From Leptogorgia sarmentosa (lineage: Eukaryota), in the NCBI GenBank assembly GCA_964658305.1, contig OZ210885.1, forward strand, positions 17,794,001-17,858,000: 64,000 nucleotides of DNA, in the 5' to 3' direction. Position numbers and translations under genes: made by a program. Below the pieces are notes generated by a model, which had not been told where the DNA came from, did no database searches, and saw only the letters and a program-made list of their open reading frames with translations. Below are positions 49,501 to 62,875 of this stretch, one piece after another. The stretch's first letter is position 1. Each line of letters begins with the position of its first letter.

Positions 49501-52349
49501 TTTCTACTAGGCTTGCTGAGTTCGAACACCATTTGCGCAAATTGAACCCGCCTTCGGACATCACTCGCTTCGTGTTGTGGTAAATCTCAAATGCTTGATC
49601 ATCCTCCGGTGCCCCTGAAACTAGATCATCAACATACAACGAATCCTTAATCGTTTTTACCGTTTCGGGGTGAGTTTCCTTGTAGAACTCTAGATGATGG
49701 TTGATGGTGGCTCCGAGTATGGCAGGTGATGATCGTAATCCAAACATCAATCGAGTGAATCTGAATTCGGCAACCTTTGGTTCTGGATCGTGGACGTTCT
49801 CAAACCACAGGAATCGCATCATGTCACGATCGATTTCTTCGATGCCAATCATTAGGAACGCCTTTTCAATGTCCGCGATTAAACCGACTCGATGTGCACG
49901 AAACTTTACCAAAACGTTAAAGAGCTGCGGAACGTAATTCGGACCAGTGGGAAGGCAGTCATTCAACGAAAAGTTACGATCGTTAGTGGTGGCAGATCCA
50001 TCGTAAACGACACGGAGCTTCGTGGTTTTCTTGTCTTCACGAATGACAGCATGATGCGGAATGTAGTGCACGATGTTTTCTTGTCGTTGCGGCTCACTAC
50101 GAGGGATTTCTTCAATGATTCCTGATGCAAGTTGATCCTTAATGGCTTTATCGTATTCAGTTAGAAGTCGTCCATTCCTTTTCAATCTGTTATGAAGGGA
50201 ATGCAAACGAGATAGACATAGTTCACGATCGTTCTCTATCGCTGGTCGGTCGTTTTTCCAAGGCAGGCCGACTTTGTATCGTTCGCCAGTATGTCGTATG
50301 TTGCGGAGGACTCTTTCTTCTCCAGCGCTCTTAGGCTGCGGCTCGGATATCCCAATTGACTCTGTCTCCCAGAATCGGCTCAGCGAATCAGCTAACTTGC
50401 TGTCTTTGGTTGATGGATTGGTAAAATGAGGGTCGTTCTGGGTAAGAATAAGGTTCGACGTAGTGGATTCATCGGATGAGGACGATTCTGCAGGTCCAGA
50501 TAATAGCCACCCCAGCTTGCTGTTGATTGCAGTCGGACCATCCTCCCCTTTTACAACATCACCGGTAACCAAATCTCAGTAATGGTCGGCACCAACTAAA
50601 ACATCAATGGAATCGTCACTCTCTTCGTGATTGAAATCCAGACCATCTAAGTGCGCATAATTGGTGGTAACTATCGATCGTAGTGGTGAGCAGATAACTG
50701 GAAAATTGACTGCTTGAATTTCTACACCGTCTCTAGTACGATTGTTTTCGAGGCTCAGCTTGTACACTCCGCAATTTTGTCGTTTATAGCTGTTTTCTCC
50801 GAATGTGTTTACATGAAGCACCTCCCTTTTAACGGGTTTTACATCTAGTCGTTGTAGAACCGCGTTACTCACATACGATCTCTGACTTCCTGCATCGAAT
50901 AACACGCGAACCGGTGCTGATTTCCCATTGCTTGTCGCAATCGCTCTTGCTGTTTGAAGTAGCACAGTTCCCTTGCTTAATCGTGTTGCTGTTATCGTAG
51001 GGTTCCCTGTTTCTGGTGGATCTAGAAGGATTCTGGTTCTGGAGGATTCTATCTCGAACTTGATGATCTGAAGTAAATCGTCAATTTTCCAGGCGTCTTT
51101 CTTAGTCTGGCGTGCAATTTGTAAACGAATGTCACCTGGCATCTTAGACAAAATGATGGGGATTAACAGAGACCCATATTGATCGGAAGACACGCCCAAC
51201 GGAGCCAATGCTCTAACATGTACACTAATTTTATCGTATATGAATCTAAGCGAACTGAGTTTGTCTCCTGTACTAGCTGGAATTTTTAGTAATTCGTCCA
51301 TGTAGGCTGTAATAATTTGTTGTGGTTGACCAAAGCGGTCTCGAAGGATCTCAATGGCAGCGTCATAGTTTGCCCCAGTCAGGGTAAGTCCTTGAATGGT
51401 ACGCAGGGCAATCCCTTCCAACAATGAATTCAAATAATTGAATTTGTCTATTTTCGAAATATCGTTATTGGTATGGATTGCAGACTCAAAGGAGTCCCAA
51501 AACATGTTCCACTTGGTAACCTCCCCTTTGAATTTTGCTAACGATAACTTGGGCAACCTGGGTTTATACGAGGTCCCAGAGCTTATTGTACCCCCCACGG
51601 TGCTCATATTTCCATTGCTGTTTATATTCTCGGTCGTACTCGTATTAAGCGATGTTGGACTATCAGATACATTATTTTCGCTAGAATTCTCGACTGTATT
51701 GTTAGTAACTTGAGCATTCTCCCCGTCCTGAATCGTTATTGTTTCATCGCTTACCGCCTGTTTCGTTATCCTTGATTCCTTGCGTCTATATCTACCGAGT
51801 TTTGTCGTGGCCTTCAATATACGAGCAACAATCTCCGCCGATTCTTCGATCTCAGTTGATATATCTTTAACGTCACATAATGCAAGAATTTCTTCGTCGA
51901 TTGTTTCTAAAAGCTTTCGTTTCTCTTCTAACATACCTTGGATCATTTCGCATCGATTAACTATATCGCCATTTTCGTCGAAAGGTTGTAAAACCAATTC
52001 CTCTGCTTCCTTTTGTAGTTTAGTGCATACGCCGCGATGGCCACCTCTCTTCGCTCGAAGTCGCTCCAATTTTTCCTTCGCTTCTGACATCACTTTTGTT
52101 GAATAAATCGATTGGGCTACAGCTTGAACATTCAAACTGGCCCCACGTTGGGCGCCATGTAATAAACTCTCGAAATAACGAAGGAAAACAGTCTAAAATT
52201 GTCGTATATATTGACGAAAAACACAAAATTACAAATCTCAAAAGCACATGCAAAAAAACATCTCGTGACAATACGTCAAAACGATACAATATTCGAATCT
52301 AACATAAAGTTCCCAATATAAATAACCAAACAATAAATCGTTCACAACA
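46559..52349 (-). mobile_element. Full-length BEL/Pao LTR retrotransposon (#3)
   Basis: 5-bp TSD TAGTG at 46554-46558 and 52350-52354. 192-bp LTRs at 46559-46750 and 52158-52349 with 3 mismatches. PBS and PPT present. gag-PR(LFDAGS)-RT(YVDD)-RH(SDAS)-INT broken by in-frame stops; gag knuckles deleted. Confidence 0.96.
52141..52157 (-). promoter_or_regulatory. Primer-binding site, tRNA-Lys
   Basis: Minus strand TGGCGCCCAACGTGGGG abutting the 5' LTR. Confidence 0.9.
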
Positions 52350-52751
52350 TAGTGCGCCTCCCAGAATCGTTTCATTTTGATTGCCCAGGCCAAAAGAAAT
52401 CGCTAATAATAGAGCAGTGTTATGAATATTCAAGGTTTGTGAATTTTATGTTTTAGATTGGATGTAATGATGATGTTTTAGATCTGGTCTTGCATTGTGC
52501 TGTGATATGTAAGTATTAATATATTTGTAAGTTGTACTTTTTGTCATGCATCATGTAACAATAGCATACCGTGTGTTGACAAGCGAAGGACTTCATTCCA
52601 TCTTTCAACCCTTTCTAATTTTCTGGCGTAAAGTTTCCCTTGATGTACTTGAAGGTTAGAACTCTGCCTTCTGCCCTTTAAAAAAATGTGACACATTGGT
52701 TATTTATTGAATTCATAATGCATGATCAAATGGGTTGGTGATTTCAGCTGC

Positions 52752-52904
52752 CAGTGGCGTCGCCAGCTCGATAAGTGAGGTGGACATATTCATATATTCG
52801 TGTTTTGCACAATTAATTTCTTTTCAAATCGATTGTTTTTATGGTCTGCGAACACAAATATATGAATATGTCCACCCCACTTATCGACTCTGGCGACGCC
52901 ACTG
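52752..52904. mobile_element. hAT MITE (153 bp, largely palindromic)
   Basis: 8-bp TSD TCAGCTGC. Long TIR beginning CAGTGGCGTCGCCAG. Confidence 0.92.
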
Positions 52905-54646
52905 TCAGCTGCCCATACTGTATATTCCCTGTCCATTTCACATTTAGATTACAGTATATCCTTGTAATACATTCTTTATATTTTTGCATAAAACCTTTGT
53001 GTGACATCGGTGTTTGATGTGAGCAAGAGACTTCCATGTGGAATGACAAGTCCAGATGTTTTGGAGCCCATCAGTAACCCACTTTGGAATTGCAACAAGA
53101 ATTCCTCCAAATTCGAAGATATTATTGGATCATCAATCATCACAATAAGGTTTGTTTTTGAAAGGATCTCTCTTATGGCAGGTCTATATGAAATATATTG
53201 TATTTACCATCATTTGCATCATAAATTTATGTCAAATTGAAACATTAAAATATAGCTTTACATTTCATATGTAGAAAAAAGCAAGAGTTAGAGTGTTTGA
53301 CAGGAACTGAAAGGAAATTAATTCACAGAAATTCCATGTAATGTACAGGTAAGAAAGTGGTTGCTTTTTGTTGATACTCAGAGTATGTACATAATATGCT
53401 GTTGTCAAGCAAGGTGTCTCTCCTTTTGTTGCAAAACTTGTAAATAAATTAAAAGCAGTCCAATAGAACTTTCATCTGCCAAGTATAGTAAAATAACATA
53501 CAAGGGTGCTCAGAGAATTGCACATACTTCAATTTGTAGTATGGAATGTTGTAGTCACTTGGAAGTGCTCAAGTAACTATCACTTGTTGGCAGATATATT
53601 TTTAGGTGACTATAGGAAATTGGTATAAATTTGGAGCCCAAAACACGTACATGATAGTTACTGGCTGCCTTGAGTAATTTAAAAATTGTTAGAGAGATGT
53701 GTTGTGTCAATCAATCAGATTGCAAGAATTCTTATGGAGACCTCAATTTATACTATAGACATATTGTCATTGACCAAATGCTAGATATATAACTACATAT
53801 AACCTGTAGCTACTGTTTCCTCAATTTTAGATACGTTGGGTGTGAAAATATACAGTATAATGAACAAATTGGCAACAACATGTGAACCGGTTTTTCAGCC
53901 GTTTTGGAAGTTGGTACTCAGTGTATCAAACATGCAGGAGCTGTGACTTGTCAGTTTTCAAGTTCTCTACACTTGACAACTTGCATTTACCAGTATCAAG
54001 ATCGAATTGTAACAGTAAAAACTTTTGTGTACAATGTTTTTTATAAAAGCTGCCCTGAAAAAATAAGTTTACGAAAGCGTTTATACAAAAATGTCATATG
54101 TACTTACAGTGCAGACATGCACTCACCCCAACTTTCCGCAAAGTTAATCCGAAGCATTCGCCGTAATGCGAAAGCTGAAGCCAATTTGAATGAGTGGCTA
54201 TTCTGTTGAAAGTCATTAGAATATTCAGCAAACCTGAAAAATTGAAGCAAACTCGAAAAAGATTTCATTTTTGATTATACATTGTAGTTGCAATGGAATA
54301 AAACAATATTTTGAACCTGAATTACTTTTCAGTTTACAAGTTAACTGATTTTTTAACATAGGTATACCTTCTACAAACATTTAGTAAGTGCGCAACATCA
54401 TTCAGCGACTGAATGTTAACTGCTACTTCATACTGTACACAACTGTTTTCAGTAAACATGTATACGTGTTCATCTTTGGGGAGCACATTTGAGTCTGGGT
54501 CAATTTGAATCTGTAAGAAAGTTTAGCCTTGGTTGTAAACTAATATGGGCCTAGTAATTCTACCGGATGCGATTCGCTAACCAAATAGATCTAGTTTTTC
54601 AATAAAAAACGGTACATAAAAAGACAAAAAGATATTCAACATGTAA

Positions 54647-54887
54647 AGGCCTGATTCCACGGGCGGTATTTCTTGGCGAAACGCGAAAATTTTCACACGA
54701 AATAATTGTACGCATGCGTCATAAAGGCTAGTAAGATTTCTTGAGAAAAAATTTTGCTTCGCCAGTGAGTAGAAGTTAGTTCTACTCACTGCGAAAGCGA
54801 AAAATGTGGGAGAATTCAATAGAATCGTTCATGTGCAGCCATCCGCATTTCGCAGACACAATTTCTCGCCGTCGTGGAATCAGGCCT
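54647..54887. mobile_element. PIF/Harbinger-type MITE (241 bp)
   Basis: TAA TSD. Perfect 15-bp TIR AGGCCTGATTCCACG. Confidence 0.85.
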
Positions 54888-55385
54888 TAACATTGGATCT
54901 GTTCAAAGGGAAGTAGATGTCCTGTACCAGCAACAAGAACGCTTCACATACATGTATTTATGTATTGTAAAACTTCAGTTAATATTTGGGAACTACGGTA
55001 ATCGTATAAGTTGTAAACTTGAGTAGCTATATACCATGAATGAAAATAAAACATTTGGATCTACGCGGAAAGTTTTGGCGGGCTTGTGGGATTTTCGTTG
55101 ACTTTCATGACTTACGTCTCTGGATAAGCACCAATAGGATGAAGGCTGTTGTCCAATCACTTCAACGGCATAGTAGGCTCTTGGTTCATCTGAATTATAC
55201 TGCTGTTTCAGGAACGAATAAAAGTTCTGAATGTCGCTTGTAACAGCTTCATTCAAACTGAAAGTGCCTCCACCAAAGGCATTTCTTGTTTTTTCCAAGA
55301 ACTTTATTTTGGAATCGAAGGCGTTTGTTGGTACAACAATGATCCTAAGAAATTGTCAAGCATAAAACTGTTAAATCTCACTTTT

Positions 55386-55525
55386 CAGGGCCTTTTTTAA
55401 GGATTTTCCCGTGGGGGGGGGCATATTTTGGAAAGGGACCTTTCGGTTATTGCACATGAATAGGAATTTCGTGGGAGGCAAATGCCCCCACCCTTCCCCC
55501 AGCTTCTATGTTAAAAAAGACCCTG
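55386..55525. mobile_element. hAT MITE (140 bp)
   Basis: 8-bp TSD TCACTTTT. TIR CAGGG(C/T)CTTTTTTAA. Confidence 0.88.
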
Positions 55526-56383
55526 TCACTTTTTCAACACCATACGAGATTAAAAAAGTCATATTTTTGTCAAGGACGCGCCAATCCCGTTTGTTTTTTG
55601 TATTGTTGTTTTCCCAAAAATACCACTCGTGTTTCTAGCTATAACTATAGGAAAATGGAAAATGTTCTATTTCGTATGCGAATTTTAACTTTTTATCTCG
55701 TGCGGTCTATGATTATTGTCTCGACAATACTATTTGCTATCTTCGAAACTATGTCTGGGTATTGAGAAACTAAAAGGAATATGAAAATTATAAACATCGA
55801 TGTTTGTATAACCAGCGCAACATGAATGAAGCCTTGATTTCAACATTAAATGCAAGATTTCAAACGTAATTTTCTCTTTGGTGTACCCTCCAAAATCTTT
55901 TCATTTCCGTTTTATATCATTAATTATGAATCCATCAAGCTTTTTAAGTGACTCTGCCGACTGAGAAACATCAAAATTTGAAATTTATATTTTGACGAAT
56001 TTGAGTTTTGAGCGCGAAATACGCGACATACAGAAAATCTTCGTCTTAATAAACTGCATATAAAATATAAAGAGTTTTACCTTTCCTCTCTTTTGCCCAA
56101 AACTGACGCGCCACACGAACAAACCCAATTTCCTGTACCTGGAATTTCACCCAATATTTTGAGAGTAAAATCTCCAAATTGGACCCATTTCTTTCCATCG
56201 TGCATGAATGTCCGTCCCGCCTTAGTTTTGAAATCTTGTGGTAACTACATGGTATATAATATATATACAGTATGTTTGAAATACGAAAATTGTTAGAAAT
56301 GTATTGCAGATACATGTACGTACCAATTCACAGTCAGAAGATGACTCTGGCTCAGATCTCGATTGCCTTTCGTCTTCGTTCAT

Positions 56384-56652
56384 TCTGTCTTTTCAATCCG
56401 AACAACAACGCGGTTAAGTCCTACCTTCTGTAGCGTTATCAAGCAATGAAGAAACCGGAGTAATATAACATCAACCAATCAAATCGCATGAATTTAGGGG
56501 AAATGCCTTATTACGTATATGTCATTGGGAAAAATAAGAGTGAGTTTCAGGTGACCGTCATTCTCTTATAATAAAACTGACGAAAATCTTTTTCTGGCTG
56601 AATTTTCGTGGGAAATAGCGGAATTATATATAACTCATAATCGAAAATAGAG
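56384..56652. promoter_or_regulatory. Putative bidirectional promoter
   Basis: About 270 bp between divergent genes, with oppositely oriented CCAAT (56475-56479) and ATTGG (56524-56528). Confidence 0.35.
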
Positions 56653-59600
56653 ATGGCGTTGCCTTAAACAATATTTATAGACGTAGTGAAGATGATGTCA
56701 GCATCATTTTTCGAAAGACCAACCCTTATATTGTCATGATAACACAAAAATAACTATAGAGATTGCACAAATGATGTCACAAGACATGGGAATAGACTAA
56801 CCCATCCCTTTCATAAACCCTCAATGTATTACCAGTGACAGCCACAGGTGCATATAAGCATTTCACTTGAGTGTCTATATAACAATGATTTGAGATGAGT
56901 TCAAGCGGAAAACGTGGAAGTGGCAGTTGTCCGAATTGTAAAGCTAACTATTTCAACAGATATAAACCAGCGTTTTGTCAAAGCTGCAACTATGCTATTG
57001 GTGGTTCGCATGTACCAAAGACCAAAAAAGCTTAGAGAATTGTTCTGCCAGCTGTCCGTATATCCGAAAATGTTATATCTGTTTCGACGTCAAATCGCAA
57101 TAATAGATGTTTTGTTTCCCGAGATAAAGGAGTGTGGATATGCCTGCATGAGCTGTGCAAGCAGAGAAGGGCCGTGTGTGTCCAAAGCGGCATGCAATTC
57201 CGTTGTGAACACATTGACAAAACGGTTGATCATCTTTCTGAGCCACATGTGAAACACGAAATCAGCACCGATACACTGATGGCCTACCCATGTTCAGGTT
57301 CCATTCGAGACGAGATTCGTGGAAACGTAGACGATTTGCGTGCAAGATATGGTACGGCATGCGCACCAGTAGTAGAAGTTGGTGATGGGGTGTTTGCTGT
57401 TTATGCAACAGCAAGTGCAAGCAATACTTTGGGGTTCTGTCATGTCAAACACAACGCTGACCTTTCCAGTATAACCTGTTGTGGTAAAAATTGTCGGGGT
57501 ATAATGTCTAAGGCAAAGCAAGAAAGAACAAAATCTTTGTGTATCCACGTACATACTTTGCTTTCCACAATCAAGTCAACACCACCTGTACGAGAAGTCG
57601 TTGCAGCTGAGACGGGGACAGAGTTAGAGATGGAGACTGATACCGAACAAGTAACGAATCCAAGAGAATCGACTTTAAAGGTATAAAAATCTTCATTGAA
57701 GTTGTTGTCTAAGTGTAATTCTTAATCTATAAAATGTTCTATTGCACAAAGATAGATAGCACTATCCACTGGATTGGAATTTTTTTTTTAACTCTCCAAA
57801 ATTGTTCATTTATATACTGGAATGAAAGCCGAATGAAAGTTTAATATTTTTAAGTTAAAGTTTCGTTATATATATTTGATATAAGTTCGTGCTTTTCAAA
57901 TATTTACTCGACAATTGAAAATAATCACTTCCGCTATTCATACAATATATCACTTATAACTGATGAGTAATTTTTGGATACAGTAATTTTTCTTGGGATA
58001 AAGTTATTCGGAAGTCTCAAGTGCCACTCCTCAGCCCAACAGTGGAAGGCGCCATTTTCACGACGACTGTGACTATATTTTTGACCATTGTAATTCAAAT
58101 ACATTCAATTTTTTATCTATTTTCAGCTTAATATAATCTTTTAAACTCTACTTATACTTTTTTTTGAACGACATTATATGCTCGATCGCTACGGTTGCTA
58201 TTAATGAATTTGCATTATAATTATACAAAAATAAATTCAACAGTGTCGCAAAGCAATTAAATATGTTATTTAGGTAGCATTCACAAGACAACTACCATAT
58301 CAATTTGAAAAATCCTATGTTCAAATTTCCACTGCAAAAGACGCTCAAACTATGATGGATCTTGGTTCAGGATGGCCACAACTGTTTCTACCAGAAGATG
58401 AGATATGTAGTCTCTGTTCATCACCCTTGTCTGAGCCAATGTTCCACCCCGGCCAGAAGGGAAAATCGTACCTGTTAACAGAAATGAATCCGTTTAAAGA
58501 AATTGTCATAAAAGTGAAATTTTGCCAGAATAGTCAGTGTAGAGCCATGCATCAATCATTTCCAACAGGCATTGGTAAGTGAAGCGACGCCAGGAATGGT
58601 CAGTTACCTATAGTTCAATTGTCCAGATTGTCATGAAATTTTTCATGCAACCTCTAACGGAATTTTGCACTTAATGGATAATCCTGCAAACTTTTGAATT
58701 AGGAAAATCATTAGCACGGCTAGAAAGAGCATCTTAAATTCAGTACAATTGTGCAAACTTTATAAAATATACGCTCAATGCGAAGTTCGTAAATGGTCAA
58801 TTAGTGAAAAATGTTTGATATACATATGTAATGTAATGAAAACACCTATTGGTAAAATTTTATATGCATTCAAGACCCCGAGACGTTGTTATAATACAGG
58901 GTGTATCAAAAAAAGCCCAACCACTTAATATTCATATTGTTCTTAAGCACAAAATATTTTAGGCTCCTGGGACTTTAAAGTGACTTCTAATCGTACAATT
59001 GAATCGCTGATAGTCATATCAGCTAAACAAACTGTGGTGCAGCTATAGCTCACAAAGGAACAACAAACTTTCGTAGTTTGAATATTAAGTGTTGTGTTTT
59101 TTTATACACCCTGTAGAAGTGGTTAGTAATCAAGAGTGAATTTATTTGAAAAATAAGGCCTGAAAGCATTAAAAGCATCGTCTTCATAGGTTTGTTTAAC
59201 ATCTCTGACAAAGTTATGATTTCATTTTCAATATTGATAGAAATCAGAGAATTTTTCAAGACTGGCCATCCTTTGACCAACATAATTAATGCAAAGTTCA
59301 ACACTCTGGAGATGAGAAGCAGACAGGTAATAAATAGTTTACACAACATTTCATAAAAAATTGGTACAACAATACAATACCAAAGACAGTCAAACGTTGG
59401 GAAATAATTGCTGATCTGACAATATTGCATATATTTAATATGATGATTTAACATTTACAATCTTTGATATCCATATACATTCAGATATACATACATGAAT
59501 GTTATGATTGCATGAAACGCTATTTTATTCTAACGCAGAACTCGTCAGCTAGATTAGCCGAATCCCGAACTGACTGCTCCCAATTATTGCAGGGTCCTTT

Positions 59601-62589
59601 GATTCGAAACTCGAAAGGTGCACTTTTAAAAGAGGCTTAATTTGTGTTAGGATAATTAAGACTTATTCTGACATATATATTACTTTTAATCATAGATAAA
59701 TGAGTTAACATGGAATGAGATTGAATACCTGAAAGATCTTGTGTATAATGGATTTATGGCATTTGAAGCGATGACTGTCAGGAAGCTCGAGAGCGTTGTA
59801 TGTGGAATATGCGAGATTTGTCCAGAAATATGTCTTGGTGACGGAAACGAAAAAAATTGTTGCAGCAATTCACAGGTTGTCAATAAAGCACAGCTAAAGA
59901 TTAGCATGCATGCATGCAATAAAACGTTTTCGTCTCCTTATATAATTTATGATTGACATTGGACCACAATGTAAAATACTGGTTTACCAGTAATTTGTGT
60001 AATCCTCTAATAAAGTTTATCAACAACTTGAGCCATTTTTAGGGTATAATTGAAGCCCCACCACCTACTGGGACTATTATAAGTATGACAATCCAAACTT
60101 CTTAACCCGTATTTATAGATAGATAGCCACCCAGCGATACTCCAGCGCATTTAGGGGCTTGGATTGAATTTCTCCAGTTCCACCATCTTTTCTCCCTGGG
60201 CAGCCCTGATGGTTTCGATATCCCTTAACATGCAGTAACTGAAAGAATGGTATGGATGCATGCTTATAACTATTCAAATTTAGATCATTTACACAAAAGA
60301 GAATGAAAACAATGAAAGCATGATTTCTTTGGAAGAACTGTTGGCAAGAATCAAGTACAGAGCTATGGAAAAGATTGTTTACACCAGGAATGAAACTGCA
60401 TTTAAAATCAGGTTAGAAGAATTGCCACCGATCATGCCAAATGCCATTAGAAGTGACAACACAACGAATACGGAGCATCAGAAACAAAGCCACTTGTTAA
60501 AATCGCCGCAGTATACTGGTATGTATATGATATAACATAATAATTTTATTCTTTTGCATTTGTTACTCATTTTCAACTATCTGAGAATAATTATTCTCTA
60601 TCTGTAAACCATATCCAGAATCAAAACTTAAATTCGTGTGCACAACATGCACACACAGACACTGACAGTACCCAAGAATCTTTGCGATAACTTTTATTTT
60701 CTTGTTATGCAATGACTTTGTTTACCCATCCATGAATTTCAGTTCGATGAGTTTGCAATGATGTTATATATACAGCAAAAAAAATCAAAAGCATGCAGTC
60801 GGCCACTAGGTTGTTGTCTTTTACAGCTAAGCTCGATCTCTTTTCATTAGTCATAGAATTAAGATATAGGCTAATGGTTGAAAGCATGCATGAGCGTGAG
60901 CATAAGCGTGTTAGTTCAAAACTAACAGTTTTGGTTTAGTTATGGTTTCATGGACAGTTTAATAGCTACATAATACGTATAAGAAAATAGAAATTAAACC
61001 GATTTTTTTCTATCATTGGATTAAAGGTGATCCAGCAATATTGCACAAATGAATAAACGAAGGATTGGACATTGAGAACCTCAAAGAGATGCCTCTTGAC
61101 ACGATAAAAGATCTGTGCAAACAATGCAGTATCCCCATACAGCAGAAATCAAAGGTGGATGAGTATAGTACATATACCATACGCGTAGCGTCGCATGACG
61201 AGGTTCACAGACGTAACAGTTTGCGGCCAAGGTCGCGTTAACGTGTGTCGTGTTGCGAGAGGCGGCAAATTTTTGTGGCAATGGACCAGCGCTTACTGAA
61301 ATTCCACCCACCCCGCGAAACGTCAATCCGACTCTGTTGTTTGAGCTTGAGCATGCAGGTGTGGCTTATAGTACTAAAAGTACATACGGCAGTCTAACGA
61401 TATCATTATATACAACTAAGAAATACATGTTCCAGTGCAAGGTGTAATGGTAATATGGTATATTAAAATGATAAAATATGCTTATATTGCAGACGGCTCT
61501 GATTGGAAATATTTACAGTCTGTACGCATCAATTACAACTGGTCTTAGTCCATGCCACAATTTTTCAAAACTCCCTGGGAAAACTGGCGGATTTTACCAC
61601 ATAGTGTGCCATCATGGAGTAAGTATTCGAGTGTGATTATAATGTATACTGCATGTACTATAAGATCGTGGTAATTTCACCATTCATGCGTCGAATTTCC
61701 GTCGCGTCGAATGCGATTCAAACAACAGGTAGATCAGATAAGCTGTCTTCAAAAAATGTCCATCTCTGGCAGTCTTGAGCGCATGTCTAATGTCTGACAG
61801 CACTTGGTATTGCATACTATAACGTGAATTAAAATAACAACATTTTCATTTATACAGTGTACAGTTGCGTCTAAGTTTCTCGGATTAACAGAATCTGTAA
61901 GAGATGCTGCAGATTTGTATCTGTCAATGAAATACCCTCCAGTAATTTTTATCAACGATACACCATGTGGAATGACTCGACATATGGAATGTAGATGTCC
62001 TGATATTTGTAGCGATCTATGGGGAAACAGAGTTGGTTGCTTTGAGAAACCAGCAATTGGTATAGATCCAAAGCAGGTAAATAGCTAATACTGATCAAGT
62101 ATAATCAAACTGTACTGTACTCCACCAAAGTCAGTGTTGTTTTATCATTAACTGTGGGTTCAATGGACATGCATTTCTGTTGCCGAACCACAATGTTCCA
62201 TCAATAGTCCCACCCGAGTACAAAACGAACAGCAATGTATATGTCGAGGATTGTGATTCGCCGCATGTCCACCCAGTTTCTGGAACAACTGATCGATATA
62301 TTTTGGGAGACAGGTTCCATTCGTCTTCAAATCCACACAAGTCACCTTTATGCGCTTATCATGACATAAATAAAGCTAAAATGCTCAAGCTAACTGTGTG
62401 ATTACCATAGTATGTGTCTTGCGTAGTATGTGTCACCAAAGTTTTGAAACACATATTTTGTTTAATTATCTCATGGACTTTTACCAAAATGAACAGATCG
62501 TTAAGGCTCAAGAACGAAATATTTCTAAACAGTTAAAACAAGACCAGAAACTTGTTCAGGATCATATGTTGCGTTTTGTAATACATTAG
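56653..62589 (+). pseudogene. HMGXB3/Zisupton-like KDZ transposase, multi-exon, disrupted
   Basis: RGSGSCPNC..YFNRYKPAFCQSC (~56910), SWIM-like CCGKNC..LCIHVH, CxC domain (CSLC..KFCQNSQC), VCGIC..CLGDGNEKNCC, SAP-like LDTIKDLCKQCSI, GKTGGFYHIVCHHG|..SKFL..TESVRDAADL..FINDTPC, and GDRFH. Start codon uncertain. Confidence 0.82.
58897..59113. mobile_element. Tc1/mariner MITE (217 bp), intronic
   Basis: TA TSD. TIR CAGGGTGTAT(C/A)AAAAAA. Confidence 0.85.
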
Positions 62590-62650
62590 TTTTGTGTTTA
62601 ATTAATATAATAGACAGCTGGTCAGTGAGCTGGTTCTGGTTGCCCTTCTG

Positions 62651-62875
62651 AAACCTTAAACGATGAACTATGAGCGTGCAATGGATGCTGCTTGTCGATT
62701 ATTCAAAGCCATTAAAGGTGGACAAATCAGGTTAGTAAATGACTAGCCCGTATTTTGCCGTGTTTACTAGCTATATTCTTTGGAATTGTTGTAATGCAAA
62801 ATACCCTTGGTTTGTGACTCCAAATGGACGTTAACCAGCATCCTTTGCACGCTCATAGTTCATCGTTTAAGGTTT
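62651..62875. repeat. 40-bp inverted repeat pair (MITE-like)
   Basis: AAACCTTAAACGATGAACTATGAGCGTGCAA(T/A)GGATGCTG at 62651-62690, inverted at 62836-62875. No clear TSD. Confidence 0.8.

Larger units (their letters stand above)
43245..56383 (-). pseudogene. Multi-exon DUF927/AAA+ (SF3/MCM-like) ATPase-like gene with C-terminal PHD finger, disrupted
   Basis: GT-AG exons join in frame from ATG 56383: MNEDERQ..|..WVQFGDFTLKILGE..|RIIVVPTNAFDSKIKF..VEVIGQQPSSYWCLSRD|IQID. Walker-B-like IVMIDD (53129-53146), sensor-1-like LLLTSN (53012-53029), RAEGRVLTF, and an exon split by BEL #3. PHD CNKC..CDSCDGWYH|LEC..WYCREC, stop at 43245. No Walker A found, and exons at 53.3-54.2 kb are uninterpretable. 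Confidence 0.6.

Noticed and set aside
53983..54006. FDLDTGKC as the Walker A of the ATPase-like gene
   Set aside because: It lacks the first Gly and the Ser/Thr, and the exon frame is unreliable, so it was not used as evidence.
60040..60230. Possible Harbinger-like MITE
   Set aside because: The terminal inverted similarity is too degenerate to fix boundaries.
56653..62589. Functional host HMGXB3 orthologue
   Set aside because: No HMG box seen, it has stops and frameshifts, and it sits in a TE nest. A transposon-type KDZ gene is more likely, so no gene symbol is given.
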